Below, piece after piece: positions 8,501 through 17,858 of a stretch of DNA of 39,639 bases. Numbering within the stretch: position 1 is the first letter of the stretch; every line of letters starts with the position of its first letter. The DNA is taken from contig JAZSIN010000022.1 of NCBI GenBank assembly GCA_045533845.1, positions 1 to 39,639 of the forward strand, read 5' to 3'. The position numbers and the translations under genes are program-made. Source of the stretch: Eubacteriales bacterium. GTDB taxonomy: Bacteria > Bacillota > Clostridia > Oscillospirales > CAG-272. Under the pieces are notes generated by a model. That model did no database searches. It worked only from the letters and a program-made list of their open reading frames with translations, and had not been told where the DNA came from.

Positions 8501-9175
8501 TCAGGAGGAGCGCGCCGAAAAGGCCGCGCGGATCTCGTGCATCGTATAGCCGTTTCGCATCAGCGTTGCAACGACCTTCTTCCTTGAGAGCGCGTCCGAA
8601 AGTGCCGCCGCGTACCGTTCCTCGATCAGTCTCCCGCAAAGCTCCACGAAATCAACCTCGTCGAGGTAACGCTCGGCTGATGCAACAGCGTCGGCACCGA
8701 AGCCCTTCTGATAGAGCGCAGCAAGAATGCGATTCCGCCCGCGCAGTCTTTTCACGTGCCGTTCTGCTTCTCTGACGGCATCCCGATCCTCGTCTATGTA
8801 TCCGCGTTTCGAAAGATAACAAGACGCCTCCTCTGCCGTTTCGCGCGCAACACCCTTGCGGCAGAGCTTATTTTCGAGCCCGCGTCGCGTGCTTGCGCCG
8901 AACGCGAGAAGCCGAAGCCCCATACGGACCGCCTCGCTGAACTCCGCCGCCCGTTCAAGGGACAAAAAGGTCGCTTCGTCGATCACGCCCTTCGCAGGAC
9001 GGATCTCCGCATAGCGGTCGAGGAGGAGCGCGAGCTCGCGGACCTCACGCTGTGGCTTGCGATGCGCCCCCGCAGCGCTTTCCGCTACGTCGAAAACATC
9101 CTCGGAAAGCTCCACGCGAATGAGGATTTCCGCCCCACCGTCGCGGGCGGTCATAGATAATACACGGATCTGCAT
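8501..9175 (-). CDS. recX: Recombination regulator RecX (with an extra N-terminal region of about 90 aa)
   Basis: It begins 9 nt after the recA stop. RecX-like three-helix repeats are present (RRGLENKLCRKGV..., YLSKRGYIDE, ILAALYQKGF, VATLMRNGYT). Confidence 0.8.
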   Translation of the reverse strand: MQIRVLSMTARDGGAEILIRVELSEDVFDVAESAAGAHRKPQREVRELALLLDRYAEIRPAKGVIDEATFLSLERAAEFSEAVRMGLRLLAFGASTRRGLENKLCRKGVARETAEEASCYLSKRGYIDEDRDAVREAERHVKRLRGRNRILAALYQKGFGADAVASAERYLDEVDFVELCGRLIEERYAAALSDALSRKKVVATLMRNGYTMHEIRAAFSARSS

Positions 9176-9184
9176 CGCCGATTA

Positions 9185-10321
9185 TCAGAGCCCCACGTCT
9201 CCGTCTGAGCCGAGCATACGGATGTCGAAATCAACCTCGTCGCCGTCCTCTTCAAGCACGAACTCGTCCTCATTGCCCGCTCCGCCGTTTGCGAGCGCGG
9301 CACGGACCTTCTCCTCGACCTCGAGCGCAAGCCCGGGATTGCTCTCCAGCATCTTACGGACCGAATCCTTTCCCTGCCCGATCCGCTCGCCCTCGTACGA
9401 GAACCACGAGCCACTCTTTTTGATGATATCGAGCGAGATCGCATAGTCGATGATCTCGCCGTCGCGGGAGATCCCCTTTCCGTAGAGAATGTCGAACTCC
9501 GCAACGCGGAAGGGCGGCGCCACCTTGTTCTTGACGATCTTACACTTCACGCGGTTGCCGTAGATCTCGGTACCGTTCTTCAGCTGATCGGTCTTGCGGA
9601 TGTCGATACGGACCGACGCATAAAATTTCAGCGCGCGACCGCCCGTCGTCGTCTCGGGATTTCCGTACAGAACGCCTACCTTTTCTCTCAGCTGGTTGAT
9701 GAAGATAACAATCGCGTTGGTCTTCGAAATAATGGCAGAAAGCTTACGCATCGCCTGTGACATCAGGCGCGCCTGCACACCGACCATGCTCTGTCCCATA
9801 TCGCCCTCGATCTCCTGACGCGGAACGAGTGCTGCGACCGAGTCGATGACGACGACGTCGATCGCACCCGAGCGCACGAGTGCCTCGGTGATCTCCAACG
9901 CGTCCTCACCGCAATCGGGCTGAGAAACGAGCAAGTTATTGATGTCAACGCCGAGTGCCTTCGCGTATACAGGATCGAGCGCGTGCTCGGCATCGATAAA
10001 CGCTGCCTCGCCTCCCGATTTCTGTACCTCAGCAATGATATGCAGTGCAACGGTCGTCTTACCCGAGGATTCGGGGCCAAAGATCTCGATGATACGTCCG
10101 CGCGGAACGCCGCCGATCCCGAGTGCGGTATCGAGCGCGATCGATCCCGTATGGACTGCCTGTACCTCCATACGGCTGTTCTCCCCAAGCTTCATGATCG
10201 TACCTGCGCCGTAATCGCGCTCAAGCTGTGAGATCGCAGTCTTCAGCGCCTTGATTTTTGCTTCCTTATCCGCGCCGTTCTCAATCGCTCCTACGTTCTT
10301 CTTACTCGACTTTGTTGCCAT
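9185..10321 (-). CDS. recA: Recombinase RecA
   Basis: Walker [10 protein letters not shown] and the canonical RecA core ([45 protein letters not shown]). ATG 10321 is preceded by an AAAGGAG RBS. The ORF is open to 10390. Confidence 0.97.
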   Translation of the reverse strand: MATKSSKKNVGAIENGADKEAKIKALKTAISQLERDYGAGTIMKLGENSRMEVQAVHTGSIALDTALGIGGVPRGRIIEIFGPESSGKTTVALHIIAEVQKSGGEAAFIDAEHALDPVYAKALGVDINNLLVSQPDCGEDALEITEALVRSGAIDVVVIDSVAALVPRQEIEGDMGQSMVGVQARLMSQAMRKLSAIISKTNAIVIFINQLREKVGVLYGNPETTTGGRALKFYASVRIDIRKTDQLKNGTEIYGNRVKCKIVKNKVAPPFRVAEFDILYGKGISRDGEIIDYAISLDIIKKSGSWFSYEGERIGQGKDSVRKMLESNPGLALEVEEKVRAALANGGAGNEDEFVLEEDGDEVDFDIRMLGSDGDVGL

Positions 10322-10381
10322 TTTAAGTCTCCTTTGTGAACAAATTATTTCGTTGTTGTCTCGAAATTCCATTACGGCTCT

Positions 10382-10410
10382 ATTATACACACTTTTACTC
10401 GACTTGTCAA
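10382..10410 (-). promoter_or_regulatory. recA promoter, perfect sigma-A consensus
   Basis: Minus strand reads TTGACA (10410..10405), 17 nt, TATAAT (10387..10382). It lies about 60 nt upstream of the recA ATG. Confidence 0.7.
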
Positions 10411-10501
10411 GTGTTTTTTGAAAGTTTTATTCCGATTTTGGAATTATTTTAATATTTCGCTTTCCACACCCGATGTCCACATCAATCGAATCCCTTCCCT
10501 C

Positions 10502-10530
10502 TTGACAAGCAAACGAAAGTATATTATAAT
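10502..10530 (+). promoter_or_regulatory. ridA promoter, perfect sigma-A consensus
   Basis: TTGACA 10502-10507, a 17-nt spacer, TATAAT 10525-10530. Confidence 0.7.
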
Positions 10531-10594
10531 GGCACCATACAAACAAACTTCCGAGACACCTCGGTGCATCACGAAAAAAGAGGTACACATTGTA

Positions 10595-10972
10595 ATGATG
10601 AAGAAAATCGCAACCGAAAAAGCCCCCGCAGCAATCGGGCCTTACTCGCAGGCGGTCGTTGCAAACGGCATTCTCTACACCTCGGGACAGATCGCGATCG
10701 ACCCGAAGGTCGGCGACATTGTCGCGACAGACATCGAAGGACAGACCGAGCAGGTGATGCAGAACCTCGCGGCGGTCCTTGACGCGGCGGGCTCATCCTT
10801 TGATAAGGCGGTGAAGACCACTTGCTTCCTCGCAGATATCAAGGACTTTGCCGCATTCAACGGCATCTACGGCAAGTATTTTTCATCGAAGCCCGCACGC
10901 TCCTGCGTCGCGGTAAAGGATCTCCCCAAGGGCGCACTCGTCGAGGTCGAGGTCATTGCTCTCGTTGACTGA
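10595..10972 (+). CDS. ridA: RidA/YjgF-family reactive intermediate (enamine/imine) deaminase
   Basis: APAAIGPYSQAV..., LYTSGQIAIDP, KTTCFLADIKDFAAFN, PARSCVAVKDLPKGALVEVEVIA. RBS AAAAGAGG before ATG 10595. Confidence 0.92.
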   Translation: MMKKIATEKAPAAIGPYSQAVVANGILYTSGQIAIDPKVGDIVATDIEGQTEQVMQNLAAVLDAAGSSFDKAVKTTCFLADIKDFAAFNGIYGKYFSSKPARSCVAVKDLPKGALVEVEVIALVD

Positions 10973-10990
10973 TCGCATTTGAACCAAACA

Positions 10991-11020
10991 AAAAATCGGC
11001 TGAAATTCAGCCGATTTTTT
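10991..11020. terminator. Bidirectional rho-independent terminator (ridA / serpin, convergent)
   Basis: aaaaatcggctgaaattcagccgatttttt: a GC-containing stem atcggct/agccgat flanked by an A5 run and a T6 run. Confidence 0.8.
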
Positions 11021-11031
11021 GCTTTATCTGA

Positions 11032-12537
11032 TTATTTCAGGTTATTCACGACCCCGACGAAAAGCGGTAGCCCGACCTCGGAGGTGATCACAAAGAGAAA
11101 TGGACGGTCAACAGTGAATTCGACCTCGTCCTGCGGCGCCGCAGAGCCCGCGGCAAGCATAACCGTATATGCCGCTGCCACAACGCCCTCCTCGTCGATC
11201 GCAACGCGCACACCGTGCTGCACCTCGCTGAGAGCAACGCCGCCCGAGCCTTCACCAAAGAGATGTGAAAAATCCGCGCCGTGTGAAGAAAACACCGACG
11301 TTACGCCCATTTCTCGGATCACGGACGAAAGCTCTTTTTGCGAGGAAACGTCAAACTTGGGAATATGCATCGTGATCTTGCAGTACTGCGACTTTTCCGA
11401 GAGGCTCTGCCTTTCAAGCAGCTCATAAAGATCACTTCCCATAAGCACGTCATCGACCGTTTTCCCCTCATCGGGCAAAACGAAATACATTGAGCCGCCC
11501 TCCGCAAAGGGGAGGGAGACCGCGGAGTATTCTTCACCCCAATAATACTGCCCGAATGATACACGGTTCATATAGTCGCTCAGCACGTCACCCGAAGCAC
11601 CGTGGAAAACACGCTGATCGTTTTCCGCCTCTTCAAACACGTGCTGCCATCTTGCGGTATAATAAACCGTCGTGGCAAGCGCAAATACCGTCTCGGGGTA
11701 CATTTCGAGCGATTCCAGCCCCTCTGAAAGAATGCCTCCCGTCTGCGTATTGATCCAAGCACGAAGCGCCTCGTTATACTCCTCTGAGCCCATTTCTCCT
11801 TGGAAGGAGGATGCGTAATACAGCTCCGCTATCCGCTCTACCGTTTCCGTAACGTAGGAAATATCCTTGTCGAGCCACACCGACGACGCGAGAATGCTGG
11901 TTACTGCACCATCGTCGCAGTAATGCGCGTTCCAGATCGCCCCCGCCGTTATGCGGAGCGACTCGATGCTCTCTTCTCCAAGCACATCAAGGATCTCTCG
12001 TCTGCTCTCTCCCTCGACCGTCTCAGCGAGCATCGCCAGCGCCATATAAATATTCACGGGCGAGCAAAGCACGTTCTCTCCCTCGGAATCACCGAGCATC
12101 GTTCGGACCAGGGACTCAAAAAACGCCGTCGGAAGGCTTTCGAGCGACCGAAACGCTTCTTTCTGTGCGCGTCTCTCCTGCCGCCACACGTCGTAATCCT
12201 TCGACCACTTCTCGTAGTTTTCAACGAGCGAATCTTCCGATGGGTACTGCACCATCGTGGGATATCCTCTCGCCATAAGCGTGAACGGGGCAAGGAGCAC
12301 AGCGTCATATCGAAGATTTGGGTCTACCCGGTTCTGCGTATACCGCCCCGTGGTTTCGGAAAACGGGGATCCCCCGTTCCACGGCTGAAGGAATGCGCCG
12401 ATCAGGATCACAAGAGCGAGCGCGGCTGCAACCGCCGACACAGGGATCCACGGGCGTTTTTTCTTTTTATGCCTCGCGTCGGCAACGTACGCGTCGTCCG
12501 CGTCGCCGATGCGGTCAAATAAATCCTCGGGTTTCAT
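11032..12537 (-). CDS. Membrane-anchored serpin-domain protein: short cytoplasmic N-terminus, one TM helix, a linker, then a serpin domain
   Basis: N-terminus MKPEDLFDRIGDADDAYVADARHKKKKRPW, then TM IPVSAVAAALALVILIGAFL. The C-terminal region carries a serpin hinge and signature, AIDEEGVVAAAYTVMLAAGSAAPQDEVEFTVDRPFLFVI. Strong AAGGAGG RBS. It starts 22 nt after the sigma gene stop. Confidence 0.8.
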   Translation of the reverse strand: MKPEDLFDRIGDADDAYVADARHKKKKRPWIPVSAVAAALALVILIGAFLQPWNGGSPFSETTGRYTQNRVDPNLRYDAVLLAPFTLMARGYPTMVQYPSEDSLVENYEKWSKDYDVWRQERRAQKEAFRSLESLPTAFFESLVRTMLGDSEGENVLCSPVNIYMALAMLAETVEGESRREILDVLGEESIESLRITAGAIWNAHYCDDGAVTSILASSVWLDKDISYVTETVERIAELYYASSFQGEMGSEEYNEALRAWINTQTGGILSEGLESLEMYPETVFALATTVYYTARWQHVFEEAENDQRVFHGASGDVLSDYMNRVSFGQYYWGEEYSAVSLPFAEGGSMYFVLPDEGKTVDDVLMGSDLYELLERQSLSEKSQYCKITMHIPKFDVSSQKELSSVIREMGVTSVFSSHGADFSHLFGEGSGGVALSEVQHGVRVAIDEEGVVAAAYTVMLAAGSAAPQDEVEFTVDRPFLFVITSEVGLPLFVGVVNNLK

Positions 12538-12559
12538 ATATAACCTCCTTCAATCATAT

Positions 12560-13102
12560 TCAAAGGCGCTCGGACTCGAGAACGCGCCGCAGGCGTTCCC
12601 TTGCCCGATACAGTATGGATTTGACCCGGCTTTCGCTGAAGCCGAAGTGATTTGCGATCTCTCGGATCGGCTTACCGTAAAAGTAGCGTAGCAGAAAGAC
12701 GCGTCGATCGCGCTCTCCGAGCTTCGTGAGGAAGCGGTGGAGTGCCTCTTTTGTGAGATCATCCGATTCCCGCTCCTCTGCGGGAAGCACCTCCGAAAGC
12801 TCATCGAGAATGAGCGGGATCTCTCCGCCTCCACGCTTTTCTGCGGTGCGGTAGCGGATGCGGTCGACCGATACCCGCCGCACGAGCTTCCCGAGATAGG
12901 TGCGGAGCTCTGAGGGGCGGTTCGGCGGAATGCTGTTCCAAACCGACAGCCACGTGTCGTTCACGCACTCCTCGGCATCCGCGTCGCTTCCGAGCAGATT
13001 CCGTGCTATGGCGTGACAGTACGAGCCGTATTTCTCCGCCGTTGCATCGATCGCCTGCTCCGACCGTTCAAAATACAGTTCTACGATGTCCTTATCCTCC
13101 AT
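12560..13102 (-). CDS. ECF-type sigma-70 family RNA polymerase sigma factor
   Basis: Region 2 (CVNDTWLSVWNSIP) and a region 4 helix-turn-helix (LLRYFYGKPIREIANHFGFSESRVKSILYRARERL). About 180 aa. GTG 13105 and ATG 13102 are tandem start candidates after GAGGTGG. Confidence 0.88.
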   Translation of the reverse strand: MEDKDIVELYFERSEQAIDATAEKYGSYCHAIARNLLGSDADAEECVNDTWLSVWNSIPPNRPSELRTYLGKLVRRVSVDRIRYRTAEKRGGGEIPLILDELSEVLPAEERESDDLTKEALHRFLTKLGERDRRVFLLRYFYGKPIREIANHFGFSESRVKSILYRARERLRRVLESERL

Positions 13103-13173
13103 CACGCCACCTCGCCTTCACCCTCTACTCGTAAAATTTCCCATTTGGTTGTATTTTATATCGAAAAAGCCTC

Positions 13174-13206
13174 AAAAAAACCCGAAAGAGATTCGTCTTT
13201 CGGGTT
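13174..13206 (-). terminator. Rho-independent terminator of prs
   Basis: On the minus strand: aacccgaaaga, a 6-nt loop, tctttcgggtt, followed by TTTTTTT (plus-strand A-run 13174-13180). Confidence 0.8.
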
Positions 13207-13222
13207 CGTTTATTTTTCTGAT

Positions 13223-14383
13223 TTAATTCTTGAGTTCCATCTTGATCTGACTGCCGGGCTGACTCTCCAGCTCCTTACGGTGACGTTCCATCAGCGCATT
13301 GATGCGGTTGATGGGATTGAGGAGCGTCGAGATCGAGCCGTCGTGGTTCATCGTGTCGATGAAGTACGCCGTGTACTTGCACATATTGACCTCGCAGTAC
13401 CACGGGCGAACAAGCAGCTCGGGCGCACGGTAGACCGTATTGGTCGTAAAGACGCTGGTAATCGTACCGTTCTTATACGCCTCGTCAAACTTCTCGTATC
13501 CGTCGGTGAAGAGACCGAAGGAAGCAAACGCGAAGATACGCTTCGCGCCCTTCTCCTTCAGCTTGCTTGCAACGTCGAGGAGCGATTCTCCCGAGGAGAT
13601 CATATCGTCGACGATGATCGCGTCCTTTCCTGTGAGATCCGCACCGAGATATTCGTGCGCGACGATCGGATTCTTGCCTCCGATCACGACCGAATAGTCT
13701 CTGCGCTTGTAGAACATACCGATGTCGACACCAAGCACCGAGGAATAGTACATACAACGGCTCATCGCGCCCTCGTCGGGCGAAATGATCATCAGATTAT
13801 CATTTTCAAGACGGATGTCGGGCACGGCGCGAACGAGTGCCTTAATCATCTGATATGCAGGACGGACATCGTCGAAGCCCACGAGCGGGATCGCGTTCTG
13901 CACGCGCGGGTCATGCGCATCGATCGTCAGAATATTCGAAACGCCCATCGCGTGAAGCTCCTGGAGCATCAAAGCGCAGTCAAGCGACTCGCGCGAGGAG
14001 CGCTTATGCTGTCTACCCTCGTAGAGCATCGGCATAATGACCGTGATGCGGTGCGCCTTGCCTGCCATTGCGGCAATGATACGCTTCAGATCGGCATAAT
14101 GCTCGTCCGGACTCATCGGGACGGTCATACCGCGCATCTTGTAGGTAACGCCGTAATTGAAAATATCGCAAATGATGTACACGTCGTGTCCGCGCATCGA
14201 CTCGTGAATAAGTCCCTTACCTTCACCCGTTCCAAAACGAGGGCACTCGACGTCAACAACGTAGGAGGCTGATTCTCCCGAGTGGTTTCTCCATTCCTTC
14301 AAGTAGTAATCGACCTGCTTTACGAAGTCCTCGCAGCCCTTCATACCGATGACGCTGAGCTCTGCAACCTGTGTATCACGCAT
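13223..14383 (-). CDS. prs: Ribose-phosphate pyrophosphokinase (PRPP synthetase), long form
   Basis: FGTGEGKGLIHESMRGHDVYIICD, IISPDEGAMSR, and the PRPP-binding loop AIIVDDMISSGES. ATG 14383 has an AAAGGAAC RBS. The ORF is open to 14410. Confidence 0.85.
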   Translation of the reverse strand: MRDTQVAELSVIGMKGCEDFVKQVDYYLKEWRNHSGESASYVVDVECPRFGTGEGKGLIHESMRGHDVYIICDIFNYGVTYKMRGMTVPMSPDEHYADLKRIIAAMAGKAHRITVIMPMLYEGRQHKRSSRESLDCALMLQELHAMGVSNILTIDAHDPRVQNAIPLVGFDDVRPAYQMIKALVRAVPDIRLENDNLMIISPDEGAMSRCMYYSSVLGVDIGMFYKRRDYSVVIGGKNPIVAHEYLGADLTGKDAIIVDDMISSGESLLDVASKLKEKGAKRIFAFASFGLFTDGYEKFDEAYKNGTITSVFTTNTVYRAPELLVRPWYCEVNMCKYTAYFIDTMNHDGSISTLLNPINRINALMERHRKELESQPGSQIKMELKN

Positions 14384-14462
14384 TTTTCGTCGTTCCTTTC
14401 TTTTTGTCAAGCCCGTCGGCGCGTCGTGAAGCGGACGCCTCTCTTCCGACTATAACGAAATA

Positions 14463-14491
14463 ATTATACCACACTTTCCGTGTCTTGTAAA
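14463..14491 (-). promoter_or_regulatory. prs promoter (TTTACA-17-TATAAT with TGg extended -10)
   Basis: Minus strand reads TTTACA (14491..14486), a 17-nt spacer ending in TGG, then TATAAT (14468..14463). Confidence 0.6.
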
Positions 14492-14555
14492 ACCCTTTTT
14501 TCGCTTTTTTTCGAAAATTCGACGGTTTTGTGGATTTTACACAATTCGAAGCCAT

Positions 14556-14582
14556 CGCTAAAGTGCAAATTGCACTTTAGCG
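14556..14582 (-). other. Perfect 12-bp palindrome spanning the mutS2 stop codon (possible weak terminator or protein-binding dyad)
   Basis: cgctaaagtgca aat tgcactttagcg. No U-tract follows on the minus strand. Confidence 0.3.
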
Positions 14583-16973
14583 CAACTCCACAACGGTCAC
14601 GCCGCTGTCTCCCTCACCCTGCTTTCCAAGGCGATAGGATGCAACGCGGTCGTCATTCCCAAGGTGCTGCCAGAGCTCACGCCTGAGCGCTCCCGTTCCC
14701 TTTCCGTGGATCAAATGAACGGTCTGAAGTCCCGAAAGCTGCGCCTCATCAAGGTATTTATCCACCTGCATCCAGCCCTCGTCCCCCGTCAGACCGCGCA
14801 GATCGATCTCGTGCGAAGCAGCGCGGAACACGCCCGCATAGGAGGCGTATTTCGATGCAGGCTGCTCCTTGCCCTTTCTGTCGATGACCTTCGGTGCATT
14901 CTCGACGAGCATCAGATCCTTTACGTTCACCTTCGTCTTGATGATGCCCGCCTTGACCTGCACGTTTCCATTCTTGTCGGGATCGGACAGAAGGAATCCG
15001 TTGACGCCGAGGCTGACGACGGTCACCTCGTCCCCCGCCTTCAGGGGGCGCGGCAGGACGTAATCTGCACTGCGTTTCCTCGTTTCAACGGGGTTAACGC
15101 GATCGTCCTGCTCACGAAGGCTGTTCCGAATCCTCCGTCTCGCATCCTCAAGCCTTTCGCCGAGGCGTTCGGATTCTCTCGCCTTCCGCACCTTATCAAG
15201 CTCTGCGAGCACGTATTCGCTCGACGCGCGTGCGCCCTCGAGGAGTGCCTTCGCCTCCGACCGCGCACGTTCAAGCGCCGCCTCGGCTTCACTCTCCTTC
15301 CGCGCAACACTCCGCTCGATCTCTTCGGCACGCGTCTCGTATTCCGCGCGCAGACGCTCTGCCTCGGTACGGTTTTTTTCCATCGTCACGCGTTCGCGCT
15401 CGAGCGCCTCGATCACGTTTTCAAAACGCTGATTGTCGGCGTTGACATAGCCCTTCGCACGGTCGAGGATGTCCTTTGGCAAACCGAGCCGCTCGGAGAT
15501 CGCAAATGCATTCGATTTTCCGGGCGCACCGATCACGAGCCGATAGGTCGGGCGGAGGGTGTCGACGTCGAATTCGCACGCCGCGTTGGTCACGCCATCG
15601 TTTTCGAGCGCGTACGCCTTTAGTTCGGCATAGTGCGTCGTGGCGGCGCAAAGCGCACCCCGTTCGCGCACCGATTCGATGACGGCAATCGCAAGCGCCG
15701 CACCTTCGACGGGATCGGTTCCAACGCCAAGCTCGTCGAAGAGGACGAGCGACCGATCGGTCACGTCCTTGAGGATCTCTACGATATGCACCATATGCGA
15801 GGAGAAGGTCGAAAGCGACTGCTCGATGCTCTGCTCGTCTCCGATATCAGCAAGCACCGTGTCAAAAAGGCAGATCGACGAGCCCTCGTCTGCGGGGATA
15901 TGCAGACCTGCCTGCGCCATCAAGGCAGAAAGCCCGAGCGTCTTCAGGGTAACCGTCTTACCGCCCGTGTTCGGACCCGTAATGACCATCGTGTCAAAGC
16001 CCTTCCCGAGATAAACGTCAACGGGAACGACCTTCTCGCGGTCGATCAGCGGGTGGCGGAAGCGAATGAGCTCCATCGAGCGGTCGCTCGACAGCGTCGG
16101 CTGAACGCCGCGCATACGGTGTGAAAGCTCCCCGCAGGCAAAGTAAAAGGCGAGCTCATTGATATTGCGGACGTTGAGATCAAGCGTACCGGACGCTGCC
16201 CCAACCTCCTGCGACAGCTCGAGAAGGATGCGCTCGATCTCGCGCTGCTCGCGTGTTTCAAGATGTCTCAGCTCGTTGTTTGCCTCGACGACCTCCATCG
16301 GCTCGATGAAGACCGTCGCGCCCGACGCGGAGGTATCGTGCAGAAGTCCCTTCACCTCGTTCTTGTGCTCGATCTTCACGGGAATGACGTAGCGTCCACC
16401 TCGCATCGTGACGATGTTGTCCTGCAGATATTTCGAGCCGCCGCCCGTGATATAGCGCTGCAGGACGCTCTTGATTCGGACGTTCTCGTGCCGCATCTTC
16501 CTGCGGATCTCCGCAAGAAGCGGACTTGCCTCGTCCGCGATCAGATCCTCCGAAACGATCGTCTTTGAGATGCGCTGCTCAAATCGGTGGTTCGCGATCA
16601 GCCGTTCAAAGATCTCGTCGAGCGAGGTCTCGAACTCGCGGTTCGTGCGGATATAATCGAGAAGGAGCCGCGCCGTCCGCCAGACGTTCGCAATGTCAAG
16701 AAGATCGCGCGTGCTGAGCGTCGCCCCTTTGACCGCGCGTGCGCAGGCGTCGGACACGTCCGTGATCAGACCGAAGGAGGGCATCCCCTTGCTGTCGCAC
16801 AGCCGCCGCGCATCGCTCGTCCGACGCTGTCTGCGGAGCACACGCTCGGGGTAGATCTCGGGCTCGAGGGAAAGTGCCATTTTCTTCGCCCCCTCGGTCG
16901 CGGCACAATCCGCGAGAAGCCCGAGTATTTTATCAAATTCCAGCTTTGCTTTACTTTTAACCGATAGCTTCAT
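14577..16973 (-). CDS. mutS2: Endonuclease MutS2 (MutS domain V ATPase plus a C-terminal Smr domain)
   Basis: Walker A ITGPNTGGKT, STFSSHM, LFDELGVGTDP, and a C-terminal Smr domain (IDLRGLTGDEG...VHLIHGKGTGALR). 798 aa. Confidence 0.95.
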   Translation of the reverse strand: MKLSVKSKAKLEFDKILGLLADCAATEGAKKMALSLEPEIYPERVLRRQRRTSDARRLCDSKGMPSFGLITDVSDACARAVKGATLSTRDLLDIANVWRTARLLLDYIRTNREFETSLDEIFERLIANHRFEQRISKTIVSEDLIADEASPLLAEIRRKMRHENVRIKSVLQRYITGGGSKYLQDNIVTMRGGRYVIPVKIEHKNEVKGLLHDTSASGATVFIEPMEVVEANNELRHLETREQREIERILLELSQEVGAASGTLDLNVRNINELAFYFACGELSHRMRGVQPTLSSDRSMELIRFRHPLIDREKVVPVDVYLGKGFDTMVITGPNTGGKTVTLKTLGLSALMAQAGLHIPADEGSSICLFDTVLADIGDEQSIEQSLSTFSSHMVHIVEILKDVTDRSLVLFDELGVGTDPVEGAALAIAVIESVRERGALCAATTHYAELKAYALENDGVTNAACEFDVDTLRPTYRLVIGAPGKSNAFAISERLGLPKDILDRAKGYVNADNQRFENVIEALERERVTMEKNRTEAERLRAEYETRAEEIERSVARKESEAEAALERARSEAKALLEGARASSEYVLAELDKVRKARESERLGERLEDARRRIRNSLREQDDRVNPVETRKRSADYVLPRPLKAGDEVTVVSLGVNGFLLSDPDKNGNVQVKAGIIKTKVNVKDLMLVENAPKVIDRKGKEQPASKYASYAGVFRAASHEIDLRGLTGDEGWMQVDKYLDEAQLSGLQTVHLIHGKGTGALRRELWQHLGNDDRVASYRLGKQGEGDSGVTVVELR

Positions 16974-17024
16974 TCTGTTTCCGTTTCCTCATTCCATCGC
17001 CGGTACGGGCGACGGAGCGTGCCG

Positions 17025-17858
17025 TCAGCCCTTTCTTACGGTGTGGAAAAATTTCAGAGACTCGAACGTCCGTTCGAGATGGTTTTCAAGATACGCCTCC
17101 GACGCCCGTACGAACGCATCCCTCGCATCCCCGTCGGGAAGCATAAAGGAATAAACACGGCGGGGCGGCGCCTCAACGACGTACTGCATCGCAGACACCG
17201 CAAGTGCAGGCAGGGGCAAAAGGATCGTCGCGCTGCCCGTTTCGTGCGGATCGGGGAGCGTGATCACCGAGGACGACGCCTTCTTCACGCAGTCCGCGCA
17301 AACAAGCGAGCCGTTCATAACGTCGAGATACCAATCTCCCTCTCCACGTGCCTCCCTCCCGCACCTTGAGCAGACGGAAAGCTCGGGAGCGTACCCCGAG
17401 ATCGCCATCACGCGGAGCTCATACGCCGCCTTGACGCGTAAGATCTCCGACTCGTCCTCGGGAGACACCCGACTGGAGAGAAGGTAAAAGGTGTTCAGCG
17501 TGAGCTGCAGAAGCTCCTCTGCGGGTACACCCTCCCCCGAAAGTTCACACGCGACGTCCGAAAGATACGCCGCAAGCATCAGGGGGAGAAGCCCGTTTCT
17601 GAGCCCGAAAAAGGATTCGTTCACCGAGACCGCGCGGATCCATCCGAGCCCGCCCTTGTCTGCGATCTCGTAGTTCCCGTAGGTGTAGGGCTGGATCCCG
17701 CCGCGCACACGGCTCTTCGTCGATCTCGCCCCCTTTGCAAGGACCGAGATCCTCCCTTTCTCTGCGGTAAGCAGACTAAACAGGCAGTCGTTCTCCCCGT
17801 ACGGAGCCTCTCTCAGCACGAGCCCGTCGATCGAATACTCTCTCGCGTGCCCGCTCAT
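17025..17858 (-). CDS. recO: DNA repair protein RecO
   Basis: N-terminal OB-fold region DGLVLREAPYGENDCLFSLLTAEKGRISVLAKGARS and a Cys4 zinc motif (CSRCG...CADC). ATG 17858 overlaps the era stop (ATGA). Confidence 0.85.
   Translation of the reverse strand: MSGHAREYSIDGLVLREAPYGENDCLFSLLTAEKGRISVLAKGARSTKSRVRGGIQPYTYGNYEIADKGGLGWIRAVSVNESFFGLRNGLLPLMLAAYLSDVACELSGEGVPAEELLQLTLNTFYLLSSRVSPEDESEILRVKAAYELRVMAISGYAPELSVCSRCGREARGEGDWYLDVMNGSLVCADCVKKASSSVITLPDPHETGSATILLPLPALAVSAMQYVVEAPPRRVYSFMLPDGDARDAFVRASEAYLENHLERTFESLKFFHTVRKG

Noticed and set aside
10322-10381. A possible LexA (Cheo) box in the recA leader, gaacaaattatttcgtt at about 10338-10354.
   Set aside because: It does not fit CGAAC-N4-GTTCG. 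The second half-site reads TTTCGTT and the spacing is wrong. I cannot support an SOS operator from sequence alone.
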